A stretch of 63,738 nucleotides of DNA, counting the filler. It is 21 parts of 21 records of this genome, joined end to end, with 100 filler letters (N's around TTAATTAATTAA, not from the genome) between each part and the next. Parts side by side here need not be neighbours in the genome. Positions count along the whole stretch, not along the records: positions 1 to 3,190 come from SRR36015646_20113; positions 3,291 to 5,381 come from SRR36015646_20116; positions 5,482 to 7,747 come from SRR36015646_20413; positions 7,848 to 9,988 come from SRR36015646_20790; positions 10,089 to 12,921 come from SRR36015646_22350; 16 more parts are not named here. One strand, written 5' to 3'. The notes beneath the pieces are model-generated. The model searched no databases, was not told where the DNA came from, and saw nothing but the letters and a program-made list of their open reading frames with translations. Position numbers and translations under genes: made by a program. Positions 1-10,446 of this stretch are shown here, one piece after another (within the stretch, counting starts at the first letter, position 1; each line of letters starts with the position of its first letter).

Positions 1-1
1 A

Positions 2-3000
2 TTGTGTCTGTTTCCAATTTTTTATTGCATTTTTTAAGGTATCTGTTTTATAATCCTCAATTTTATTTGTATTTTCTATAACATTTGGAAGACCCTTTAC
101 AACACTCCCACCCAACAAGTGAGCCGGTGTTATGTACCCGTTGGATTCCAAATCATTATCCACATGCTCCAGGGGTCTAGAATTTAAAATAGCTTCCACT
201 TCGATCACAATTACTTCTAATTCTTTCAACGATAAGAATTTCCTTTCGATTACCTTTCTTAAACATTCCTTGACACTACCTACCAAGCGCTCGTAAAAAC
301 CTCCCATCCATGGTGAAATTGGAGGAAGAAATTTCCATACTATTCCTTCCTGGGCGATGAAGTTTTGCAGTTTTGAAGATCCCGTTGCAATTTTCCATGC
401 TCTGTCAAATATAACACTTGCTGCCTTAAAGCATGTGGCATTATCACATATGATTTTCTTTGGAATTCCTCTGCGAGCAAAAAATTTTCGACAGCAAATT
501 ATAAAATCCTCGACGTTTAATGATTCGGCTACCTCTAAGTGTATTGCGCGTGTCGTAGCACATGTGAATAATGATATCCATGCCTTCCCAGGTTTGTTAG
601 TATTACCTTCTTTTCGTTTAATCGTTAACGGACCAATATAATCTATACCACTACATGAAAATGGTGTTTTCCAAGCAACACGTTCAATTGGCAGAGGTGG
701 CATTGCCGGGAGTTTGAAGCTTTTCCCACTCCATTTACGACATATTGTACATGCATTAATTACCCTTTTCGTGAGAGCACGACCATGAATGATCCAATAT
801 CTAGATCTTAATTGAGCTAGTGTATGTTTAATACCCGCATGACTTAATTTACTATGGCATTCCATGACCAAAAGTTCTGCAAAATAAGAATTTTTTGGTA
901 TCAGTATTGGAAATTTTGTATCATACGGTAACAAACAATTTTCTAGCCTTCCCTTGCATCTAATTAATCCGTTACTATCTTTGAAGGTTTGTAATAATCT
1001 TTTTCCTTTGATAACTCTAGGATCTTGACTTTCAACTTCGAGAAAACTCTGTTGAGTGTGAATTATCCATTGAAGCCTTGATTTGACAATTTCCTCAACT
1101 CTCAATGTTTCTGATTTTAAGAAGTTTACTTCTTCTTCGTTTCTGTTAGATCGTTTACTAGATGTTGCTATGATGAATCGATTTGCCCAACAATTCACTC
1201 TTAAAAGCCTAGACATTTTTGAGAACTTTTTGATATCCATGCCAAAAGGTGGCTGATCATACTTCGGCGTTTGTATCACGAGCATACTTATATTAGCTGA
1301 GCGAGTTTCCAGATTTTCAAATAAATTGCTTGGTATGTTAGTTTTTGGTCGGGCATTTTTTCCCATGACAAGCCATTTGGGACCATTCCACCATAGTGTG
1401 TTATTTTGTATTTCAGCAACTGATTTTCCCCTACTCGGCATGTCAGCTGGATTCTCTTGAGTATTTACATACTGGAAATTTATTCTTGTGTCTTCTTTCA
1501 TTTCTTTGACTCGATTTTCTACAAATGTGGCTAATAATTTGTTAGTAGCCAACCACCATAATACGCATTTCGAATCTGTCCATACTGTCATTTCAGATAT
1601 TGTTATGTGCATTTCCTTTTCTACATATTTGATAAGGCGCACTCCTGTTAATGCCCCCAAGAGTTCTAATCTTGGAATTGTTATCTTTTTTCTTTGTGGT
1701 GCGAGACGAGTTTTACACATTATTAGGTTGCAAGAAATTACCTCTTCAACCTCTTCTCGCAAGTATACACATGCTGCATACGCTTGCTGCGATGCATCCA
1801 CGAAGGCGTGCAATTCATATTTTGCATTTACTCGACCAGAATCTGATAAAATTGGTCTGTTAATCTTAATATCTGGAATTTTCATCAATTCTTGATAAAT
1901 AATTTCCCATTTATGCCGCATATTATAAGGAAGTTGCATGTCCCAACTGTCTTGACTTAACCAAACCTGTTGCAATAGCACAAATGCACTGATTGTCACT
2001 GGTTTGAAGAGACCTAATGGATCAAATATTTTTGCTGCAGCTTGGGCTAAATCTCGCTTTGTGGATATGCTAATTTGCATATCTTTTGGTTTGGAAATGC
2101 TGAAGGTGTCCTCTATTGTATCCCACTGCATACCTAATATTTTCATAGCAGAACTCTTGGCTAAGTCTGTAGAATGGATTTTATCCTTAAGTATTTTAGA
2201 ATTGGTGTTCCATTCTCGTAGATTCATAGAAGCACGTGCAAATATAGCCTTTGCTTCTTTATAATATGAAAATGCATTTTCATCACTGTCTTGCCCTATA
2301 ATAACATTGTCAACATATACATTGTTTGAAATTTTACTAGCTATAGCTGTTCCTTCAGTTTTTAAATGATGAAGAATGCATGCACTTAGAAGAAATGCAC
2401 TGCTGACTATACCAAAGGCGACACGGCAGAATCTATATATTTTAATATTTTCATCCGTGATCGCTTTGTTAAGATCATGAAGCCATAAAAATCGTGTGAC
2501 ATCCCGTTCCTGAACTTGTATTCCTATTTGAAGATACGCTTTCTCAATGTCACTTACTACTAGAATTTTTGATAATCTCGACCTTATAAGAAGTCCACAC
2601 GGATCTTCCATAAGTGTTGGACCTTTTAACAATGCATCATTTAGACTTAAATGTTTCTTTGTTGGCTTAGCAGATGCATCGTGGACAACTCGAATAGGTG
2701 TGGTCAGACTTTCTTCCTTGATAACTTCATGGTGTGGTAAATAATGTTTTATTTTTGTTTGTTCCGTACGTTCTGTGACCTCTTCAATAATCCCTGCTTC
2801 CTCCCATGTATTTAGAATTTTGTCATAATTTTGACCTAACTTAGTATTTGAAGAAATCTTCTTATGGAGTGATCGAAGTCTATTTACACACAGTTGATAA
2901 TTATTTGGAAGCTCTGCTTTATCATGCTTCCATGGCCATGTCACGAAGTATCGTTGATCGCACATTGTAATGTTGTTGTTTAGTTGTTGAATTGCCAAGT

Positions 3001-3190
3001 CCTTATCCGAAACCACTGCATCGTCCCTAATGCCGATAGTTTCTAAATTCCATAGGCCTTTAACTTGGTTTTCCAAAGTTGCATCCGGTTGTTCAATTGT
3101 TATCATGGCTAGTTCGTTTGATTGATGTGTAGTATATGGTTCCGGAATACTACCTGATACAACCCAACCTAACTTTGATTCCAGGCAAAC
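2..3190 (-). mobile_element. BEL/Pao LTR retrotransposon pol fragment (RT, RNase H, integrase), truncated at both contig ends
   Basis: Not in the ORF track because it runs off the window. Spot translation from 3190 gives VCLESKLGWVVSG...LWNLETIGI...RYFVTWPWK...YLPHHEVIKE...RVVHDASA...CRVAFGIVSSAFLL...YVDNV...HAFVDASQQAYAAC...SGIDYIGP...SPWMGGFYERLVG, the Pao motif series. Frame not checked codon by codon. Confidence 0.9.
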
Positions 3191-3290
3191 NNNNNNNNNN
3201 NNNNNNNNNNNNNNNNNNNNNNNNNNNNNNNNNNTTAATTAATTAANNNNNNNNNNNNNNNNNNNNNNNNNNNNNNNNNNNNNNNNNNNN
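3191..3290. other. Artificial contig spacer N44-TTAATTAATTAA-N44 (first of 20)
   Basis: Identical 100-nt blocks start at 3191, 5382, 7748, 9989, 12922, 17683, 20465, 23430, 26545, 32675, 35218, 38144, 40482, 42673, 45287, 48027, 52552, 55145, 57599 and 61628. The 12-mer places stop codons in all six frames. Confidence 0.98.
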
Positions 3291-3298
3291 AAATAAAA

Positions 3299-3466
3299 AT
3301 AAAATATTTTATTCATAAATGTATAATAAAATCCGAAGTGGCAAGGTAGAAGTGGCAAAGTAATGACATCAGAGAATGCAGGTGGACAGAAAACAGAGTC
3401 AATGTGAAAACATAGTGTTTTTATTTTTATAATATAAAAATATAAAGGTGCCTTTATTTGCAATAT
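3299..3466 (-). promoter_or_regulatory. Conserved non-coding block array downstream of ORF-A (copy 1)
   Basis: Four blocks are identical to 35384-35539 and in the same order: ATAAAATATTTTATTCATAAAT (3299-3320), GTGGCAAGGTAGAAGT (3338-3353), TAATGACATCAGAGAATGCA (3361-3380), TTTATTTGCAATAT (3453-3466). Function unknown. Confidence 0.75.
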
Positions 3467-4043
3467 AAGAGTGCCCAGGCAAGGTCATTACTTAATAAAA
3501 TAAATTATGTTTTTATTAGAGCTGACCCGATTCGGATGAGCTGCCAGAATTTCAGTAGTAGTCAAAAAGGGGGGTGTTCAACATGGTTTTTTATGGAGCG
3601 TGCTGTATATTGGTATAATAAAAGCTTGTTAACGGTGTCTATGGAATTTGCATACATAGATTTTTGTAGAATTTATTTTTTCGTTTTCTGACCCTTCTGT
3701 AGAGAAGAAGGGTTATAAAAAGTTTTGGTGCAAACAGTTGGCGTGGATGTTGCACCGGAAGTTAGCTCGTCTGGTTATTATGATAGTACTTTGTTAAGTA
3801 TGTAGCTCATTAGTTGGTTTGTTAACGGTGTCTAAGAAATTTGCATACAGGGTTGGTTTTTGGTGTTTATTTTTGTAAAAGTATATAAGGATTGTGGCAG
3901 CTGGAGTTCCCAGTGAGAGGTAAAGAGACAGAAGAATAAAACTTTATATATAATGTTTGTTTTATTTACAACTTTTATAAATATACTTTATATTGATGAT
4001 TTTTAAGAGTAGTGTAAGGGGACGTATGCCAGGGCACTCTTAT
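3465..4043. repeat. Segment of about 580 bp bounded by 17-bp imperfect inverted repeats
   Basis: ATAAGAGTGCCCAGGCA (3465-3481) vs TGCCAGGGCACTCTTAT (4027-4043), 16/17 complementary. Internal direct repeat TTGTTAACGGTGTCTA...AATTTGCATACA at about 3626 and 3819. Confidence 0.6.
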
Positions 4044-4063
4044 TTTTTTGAATAATTTATTTT

Positions 4064-5380
4064 TTATCTATTGACAAATTTATTTTTTGTCTCACTACCT
4101 ATCCATCCAAAGCGGTTAAAATTGTTGTAAGGGTTAAAAGGTCTGCGATATGTTGCCATTCTAGTAGAAATTCTCTCATATTTCTCAGAGTCTGAGATAT
4201 CTAGAAAGTTGATTTTGAGGGTATCCAATTTTGAGTTAATTATTGCAATTTCTTGTCTGCAATGTTCAATGATTGATAAAAAGTCAGCTTTGTGCTGTTT
4301 TTGTTTTTCTTCCCTGAGTCTGTTAATGTAGTTTTGAAAACTGCTGGTTTTTGGAATGTTCAATGCCATTTTTGGCATTGTAAATTGAAAACCATTATTG
4401 CTAAGCATTTCAGCTTGTTTGATATGTTTTTCAAACAGTATTTTTTTGCTTTTTAGACCAGTCATATGTCTGAGGTGGTTACTGTTGGAACAGTGTTCTG
4501 AGTTTCTAGTGTTTTGAAAATTTCTAGTGTTTTGAAAATTTCTAATGTTTCCAAAATCAGTGTTTCGGAAATCTCTAGTATTTTGGGAATTTCTAGTTTT
4601 TGGAACATTTTCCGTTATTTGAAAATTTTCCGTTTTTTGAAAGTTTTCTGTTTTTTGAAAACTAGCTGTTTGTTTTGGAGGTTGAATTAACCTTTCCTTT
4701 GTTGAGTCGGGTATGTTGAATCCCTTTTTGAGAATGGAATTTATAGTTTTCTTGGGGACAGTGTCTCCAATAGAACTGTTGTTTTCTGATGTTATAAGCA
4801 GGCTTTTTGTAGAGGAGCTATCTTTTTGACAGCTGGATTCCAGGGTGGAATCTTTTTGTTCTAGTTTGTGTAAATATTTAGCTAGTTTTTGAACTGCAAG
4901 GACGGCTGTGGACACTGTATGGAGAGTGTTGGTTTGGCCGTTTTTGAAAGTTAAAATTCTATTGGTCATTTTGTTGACCTTGTTATGATCTCGTATTGTT
5001 TTAGATGGTAAGAAGTTTTTTATGTTAGACTGGTTTATTGAAATGGTGTCAGGTTTGACTTTATGTGATGACTCAGGGTTTTGTTGAATGATAGTTTCTG
5101 GAGATATGAGAGAGGTGTGATTTGCCGGAGTGGCCTCACTTTTTGATGTAGGCTTCATAGTGGGAGAGCAATGTTCTTTTGTTTTTAATGGAGAAGATTT
5201 GATTTTCTCATTTGAGATGTTCTTTTTGGTCAGCTGTAACTGATTAGGTTTTAGTTTAGACTTTCTGGCTGGAGTGGTAGAAACTATGTGGGAAATGTTG
5301 TCAGAAGGTGATTTTATTATGGCTGACTCAGTACTGGTAGAGACTAAGTTAGAAGGTGATTTTATTATGGCTGACTCAGT
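4064..5380 (-). CDS. Unknown protein ORF-A, copy 1 (5'-truncated; S/T/K/N-rich N-terminal part, conserved helical C-terminal domain)
   Basis: Track ORF 4064-5158; I read the frame as open to the contig end at 5380. The C-terminal ~110 aa align with ORF 36390-37829. Contains FQxTxN hexapeptide repeats and a 48-bp repeat. Confidence 0.75.
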   Translation of the reverse strand, partial: TESAIIKSPSNLVSTSTESAIIKSPSDNISHIVSTTPARKSKLKPNQLQLTKKNISNEKIKSSPLKTKEHCSPTMKPTSKSEATPANHTSLISPETIIQQNPESSHKVKPDTISINQSNIKNFLPSKTIRDHNKVNKMTNRILTFKNGQTNTLHTVSTAVLAVQKLAKYLHKLEQKDSTLESSCQKDSSSTKSLLITSENNSSIGDTVPKKTINSILKKGFNIPDSTKERLIQPPKQTASFQKTENFQKTENFQITENVPKTRNSQNTRDFRNTDFGNIRNFQNTRNFQNTRNSEHCSNSNHLRHMTGLKSKKILFEKHIKQAEMLSNNGFQFTMPKMALNIPKTSSFQNYINRLREEKQKQHKADFLSIIEHCRQEIAIINSKLDTLKINFLDISDSEKYERISTRMATYRRPFNPYNNFNRFGWIGSETKNKFVNR

Positions 5381-5594
5381 GNNNNNNNNNNNNNNNNNNN
5401 NNNNNNNNNNNNNNNNNNNNNNNNNTTAATTAATTAANNNNNNNNNNNNNNNNNNNNNNNNNNNNNNNNNNNNNNNNNNNNGCACCCCCCTCCGGAACCC
5501 CATAATTATCCTGTCGCACTAAAATAAATTTAATTTTATTAGACATGCATCTTATACTTACCATCCAATGGAAATGTTGCTCATGTAGTCCTTG

Positions 5595-5860
5595 TTGCTC
5601 CAATATGTGCATGGTTTTAATCCAATTGTTGTTCCAGTATGTACATGTAATCCAAATGTATGGTAGTCATATTGTTGTTGCAGTATGTACATGTGATTAT
5701 ACAAATGTAGTCAATGTTGTTCAAGTATGTACATTGTACATGTATAACAGTATAGGCCTATATCATTTTTGTTCAAGTATGTACATGTAATCCATAATTA
5801 CATACCAATATAAATGTGTATGTATAGTCATTGTTGCTACAGTATGTACAAGTAATCCAT
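5595..5860. repeat. Degenerate short repeats (GTATGTACATGTAATCCA-like) 3' of the piggyBac ORF
   Basis: Recurrent gtatgtaca(t)gtaatcca and attgttg motifs, roughly 40-60 bp apart. Confidence 0.5.
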
Positions 5861-5868
5861 AATAATTA

Positions 5869-7746
5869 TTATTGGCCATAGTCAGATTTTGTGTGATAGG
5901 CTTCGAAGCATTCCGGATGTAGTGCGACATCACATGCTTTGCACATATAGCGAGTTTCCGGCCTGGATACTTTTTCACCAGGTAGCCTCCTACGGCCCAA
6001 CGCTTTTGGCTTGCACACTGAGCACACGCGGGTTGGATCTTTTTTCTTCGCATCGGCAGCAGCGACAATTTTGGTTGGCCAATGGTTAGAATGCTGGTAC
6101 ATCAAACGGCTCGGAATGTTTGTTGTTGGTCTTCTGCCTTGTTTTTTTGGCAACGGTCTGTCCGGTGCCTCACGGATTCCCTCCGCTACCAGCTGCTCGA
6201 TGAGATGCTGTCGAAATTGGATGTGGGTCTGACTTGATGCGGTAATCATTTTGAAAATGACATAAGAATTTGTTATCGCCACGTCGTTGATAAAGAGAGC
6301 AATTTTCTTATACCATTTCATGGACTTTCGCGCACCACTGTACGCGCCCGACATCATGTCGCTGGTATCGACGGATCCCATTTTTTTGTTGTAGTCCAAC
6401 ACACTTACTGGCTTCATTTTAGGCTCTCCTGTTTTGAAGTCCACTCTTCCGGAATTTGCCAATCTCCCTTGATGGATCGTTGAGAGCATTGTTACAGGTT
6501 TTTTGTCCTGCCACACATGACACAGAAGTTCACCGGACCGCTTTAGTTTGGTTGCACCTGGCTTCATCTTCAATCGTCCTGTCTTTGCGGGTTTGATTTC
6601 TGTCGGCATGAACTTGCGATTCCATCTCGCCGTGCCACATGCATATGTACTGAGATTGTACAGTTTTCTGTACAGTTGTGGGCTGCTGTACCAGTTGTCC
6701 ATGAAAATCATGTACCACTTCCCAAGAAGTTCTCTAACCATACGCAGGACCAGCGTGACGATCGAGTTTTCTTCTTTCTTCTGCCCTTCCTTGTCACCTT
6801 GTCCGGAGTATATTTCCATCTTCCATGTGTAGCCGCTAATGTCACACACTTTATACGCTTTCACTCCATATTTTGCCGGTTTTTGAGGGTTGTACGTTTT
6901 GAACAAGAGGCGTCCGAAAAATCTCCACAATGCCTCATCTATGGAGATGTAGCGTGTTGGCGTAAAAATCTTTGGAAATGATTGCGAAATGGATTCGAAA
7001 TATGTACGGATCTTGGCAAGTCTGTCACCTTTTTTGGCAGTCGCATTGTTGTCATAGTGGAGAAATTTCATTAGTAATTCGGCTCTGTCGCGTGTCATTA
7101 GCTCAGAAAATATTGGTGTCGAAAACATATGTCGTGTGGTCCAGTACATCCTGAGCATCGGTTTATGCACGATGCCCATCAGCATGAAAAGTGCCCATAG
7201 AATTTTCATTTCTCCTACACTTGTTTCGACCCATTTCTGGGCTCGCGAATGCTGCTGGAGGGGTCCCATGTTTTTTGCTGCAAACCTGTTTGTCTCTGCA
7301 GTAATATGTCCAAACAAGTCATTTTGGACAAACAGCTTGTACACATCAAGTTCCTTTACTTGCTCCGGATCGCCTAACTCGCGTAGTACTTCTGGATTTA
7401 TTCCAGGAGCCCCTGAGAAATCATGAAGAACTTGCTCAGTATCTTCATCCACCCAAACAAAATCCTCTGCTTGTGGCAGACGGTCATCCAACCTGCCGAC
7501 ACGACGTACCGGTACTGGCTCTTGTTCGGGCTCATGGTCATGATGCTGTTCATCTTGACCATGATTACTGTCACGGTCACCATGCTCTACTTCCTCCAAC
7601 ATGTCTACCTCGGGTACCGCCTGCATGACCTGCTCCTGACGAGGCTGACCGTAAAAATGTTCCGGCAAAAAATTATCTTCAAGTTCAAGTTCAACACCAC
7701 CTTCTGGTTGATCCAACCCGCCTACCTGCTCCTCAGCCTGCAGCAT
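5869..7746 (-). mobile_element. piggyBac transposase (PGBD4-like), possibly 5'-truncated
   Basis: ISIDEAL, KPAKYGVK, FMDNWYSS, WQDKKPVTMLST, DYNKKMGSVDTSD, KWYKK, and a C-terminal Cys-rich domain (CSVC...CKACDVALHPECFEAYH). Confidence 0.95.
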
Positions 7747-7847
7747 ANNNNNNNNNNNNNNNNNNNNNNNNNNNNNNNNNNNNNNNNNNNNTTAATTAAT
7801 TAANNNNNNNNNNNNNNNNNNNNNNNNNNNNNNNNNNNNNNNNNNNN

Positions 7848-9869
7848 CTTCCTACTTCTCTCTATTAATTCAGTCAGTACAAACATGTTATCCATTCCAT
7901 TCCTTCCTTTCCTAAAACCATTCTGCATTTCTCCTAATAAGCCCTCTCTCTCAATTATTACATTCATTCTAATTTGGAAAACTTTCATAAACACTTTATA
8001 CAGATTGCTTCCTACTGCTATACCTCTATAGTTGTCTAGTATATCATCCATACCTCCTTTGTGTAGTAAAGTTAATGTTGCTTTCTTCCATACTTCCGGT
8101 ACATTCTCACTTTCTTTTATTCTATTTAACAACTGAGCTATACATGCAAATAACCTTTCTCCCCCATTCATTATTGCCTCATTTGGAATTCCGTCTTCAC
8201 CAACTGCTTTTTTGCGTTTTAATTTCTTACACACACTTTTTATTTCTGTTATGCTTATCTCTCTCATCAGCTCCTCATTCCACTTCCCTTCCACCCTTTC
8301 ATCCTTTTTACATTTCCCCCAGTTAAGTTTTCCATTTAGATTATTCCAATAGTCCTTTAATACTTTCTCTACCCCTTTTTCATCCTCTATATCTACCCCC
8401 TCAATTTCACACAAATTACTCTCCGGTTTACCCTTCCGGAGTATTTGCCACAGTTTCTCACTACTTGCACCTCCAGATTTTTGAATTTCCTCCATTATTT
8501 TTTGGTTTTGATTCCGTTGTATTTCCCATTTCTCCTCAAATACCTCTTTTTTAAGTTCCTGGTACCTCTTATACTCAGCCTCTGTGTTTCCTCTTTGTTT
8601 ACATTTACTTTTAAACTTACGGTTTGCTTCTTTTCTCTTTTTTATTAGCCCTACTAATTTCTTGTTCTCTACCCTTTTCTTTTTTTTCTTTCTCACAGTC
8701 ATTTTCACCGCTGATTGAACCAGAATATTTCTCATTCTCCCGCATAGCTCGTTCATACTTATTTCTCCTTCTTTCTCTTCCTTTATCCACTTTTCCCATT
8801 CCTTCAAATTTTCTTCTATCCCTCTTTCATACTCCTTCCACTCTGCATTTTTCCGAAATTTCCACTTCTGTTTATGTTCTTTTAGTTTTACTCTCTTTGT
8901 TTTTAATTTAAAATCTCCTACAATCCAATTATGCAGTGTTGCAGTGTCCCACCAACCATCCTCATCTATTCTCATTTTCTCGAGCCTATACTTCATACCA
9001 TTTGTAGCTATCCACCCATCAATTGCGGATCTTATATTCCCTACCTGGTATGTCCAATCACCTACACATTTTTTGTCTGTATTCAGAACTTTCAACCCCA
9101 GCTCATTTACAAAATCCACTAGCATTCTTCCATTGTCATTTATACGCACTTCTCTCAATCTTTCTCTGTTCTCCCATGCCACGTGCCCATTGAAGTCGCC
9201 CATCAGTAGAATTTCCAAGCCTTCCATCCGGAACCTTTCAATTTTCTCCGTTAACTTTGCATACACCTCCTCATTCCATGTGTTCTCAATGCCTGTTTGT
9301 GCCATGTACACTACACCCACTGCAACTTTCACCTCGTTACTAATTATTTTCACCCATACCATTTCACCCTCTGTCCACTCTTCGCTACCCTCCTCTATTT
9401 CTACTTTTTTCATTTTTACTCCTTTCCTCACCCATACTGCTACTCCTCCCCCTTTTCGTAGCCCTTCCTTTCTTTTAATGTGCACCCAAGTTCCCTCCCC
9501 CCAACATTTGACACACTGATCATTGTAAATTTTTCCCACTTCTGTTAATCCAATTATATCCATGTTGTACTCATTTATTATTTTCCCTATTTCATCCGCT
9601 TTATTTTTTAGCCCTCCAACATTTACATATCCTATTCTAACACTATCTGCTTTCACTCCCTTTCTCCATTCTTCTTCTTTATCCCCCCTCTCTTCACTAT
9701 TTCCTGTTTGTATATCTCCTTTTTGCTCTACTTCATCCGTTTTCACTTTCTTATTTCTTTTCCCCCCCCTTTTTCTTTTATGTTTTATTCCATTCTTCTT
9801 GCTTTCCTTCTCTTGTTCCCTGTTAGGCCTATCTCTTTCTCTCTTTACATTCTCCCTCTCCCTAAAAAA
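7848..9869 (-). mobile_element. Non-LTR retrotransposon ORF2 (APE endonuclease + RT, 3'-truncated); clade not resolved
   Basis: APE motifs GYVNVGGL, GLTE, MGDFNGH, SAID; RT start KAVGEDGIPNE, NYRGIAV, QNGFRKGR. I read the frame as open from 9884 through the GTG at 9746 used by the track. Confidence 0.9.
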
Positions 9870-9988
9870 TGCATCCTCACCCTTTCAGTCACTTCTCTTG
9901 CTCCGTGTTGACTCATGTGTACCCATCCATCCCTTTCACCCCTGTACATCTCTTCCCTCATTCTCAGTTGCTCTTCTCCATTCACCTC
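9845..9988 (-). CDS. C-terminal fragment of LINE ORF1, probably an SGNH/GDSL esterase domain
   Basis: Manual translation EVNGEEQLRMREEMYRGERDGWVHMSQHGAREVTERVRMHFLGRGRM* resembles the SGNH block V of LINE ORF1 esterases (Y..DGxH(L/M)S..G). Ends just after T_TTT_TTA. Confidence 0.6.
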   Translation of the reverse strand, partial: EVNGEEQLRMREEMYRGERDGWVHMSQHGAREVTERVRMHFLGRGRM

Positions 9989-10446
9989 NNNNNNNNNNNN
10001 NNNNNNNNNNNNNNNNNNNNNNNNNNNNNNNNTTAATTAATTAANNNNNNNNNNNNNNNNNNNNNNNNNNNNNNNNNNNNNNNNNNNNAACAAATAGCGA
10101 TAAACAAATAAGTGAAGATAACATTACATTGTAATTCTAACTGTGTCACGAATAAACATTGCCTGACCTATTACAATGTTCTAAGTAATAAAATGCTATG
10201 AAATCTATAGTAATGCGAGCTTAATTACAATTACATAAACAGTAGTGAAATATTAATTATTATTGTCATGCACTTTATTTATGCAACTATTATATAAACC
10301 ACTCACCTAATTGAATGTGTATTATTTGAACCGTTCGCCTGTAAATATTTATGTATAATGGCTATGTACATGGCTTTTACACAAAATTTCTTGCACGTTT
10401 TTTAAATGTGATTGTCATATATTTATATTTAGCGCTAATTAAACCG

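Noticed and set aside
357-2744. Plus-strand ORFs of 65-135 aa in the track, and similar short ORFs throughout the window
   Set aside because: They are antisense or alternate-frame shadows of long TE ORFs and carry no recognisable motifs.
3361-3380. Hammerhead ribozyme in the conserved block (CTGATG on the minus strand)
   Set aside because: It reads CTGATGT, not CTGANGA, and I could not find a stem II followed by GAAA in either copy.
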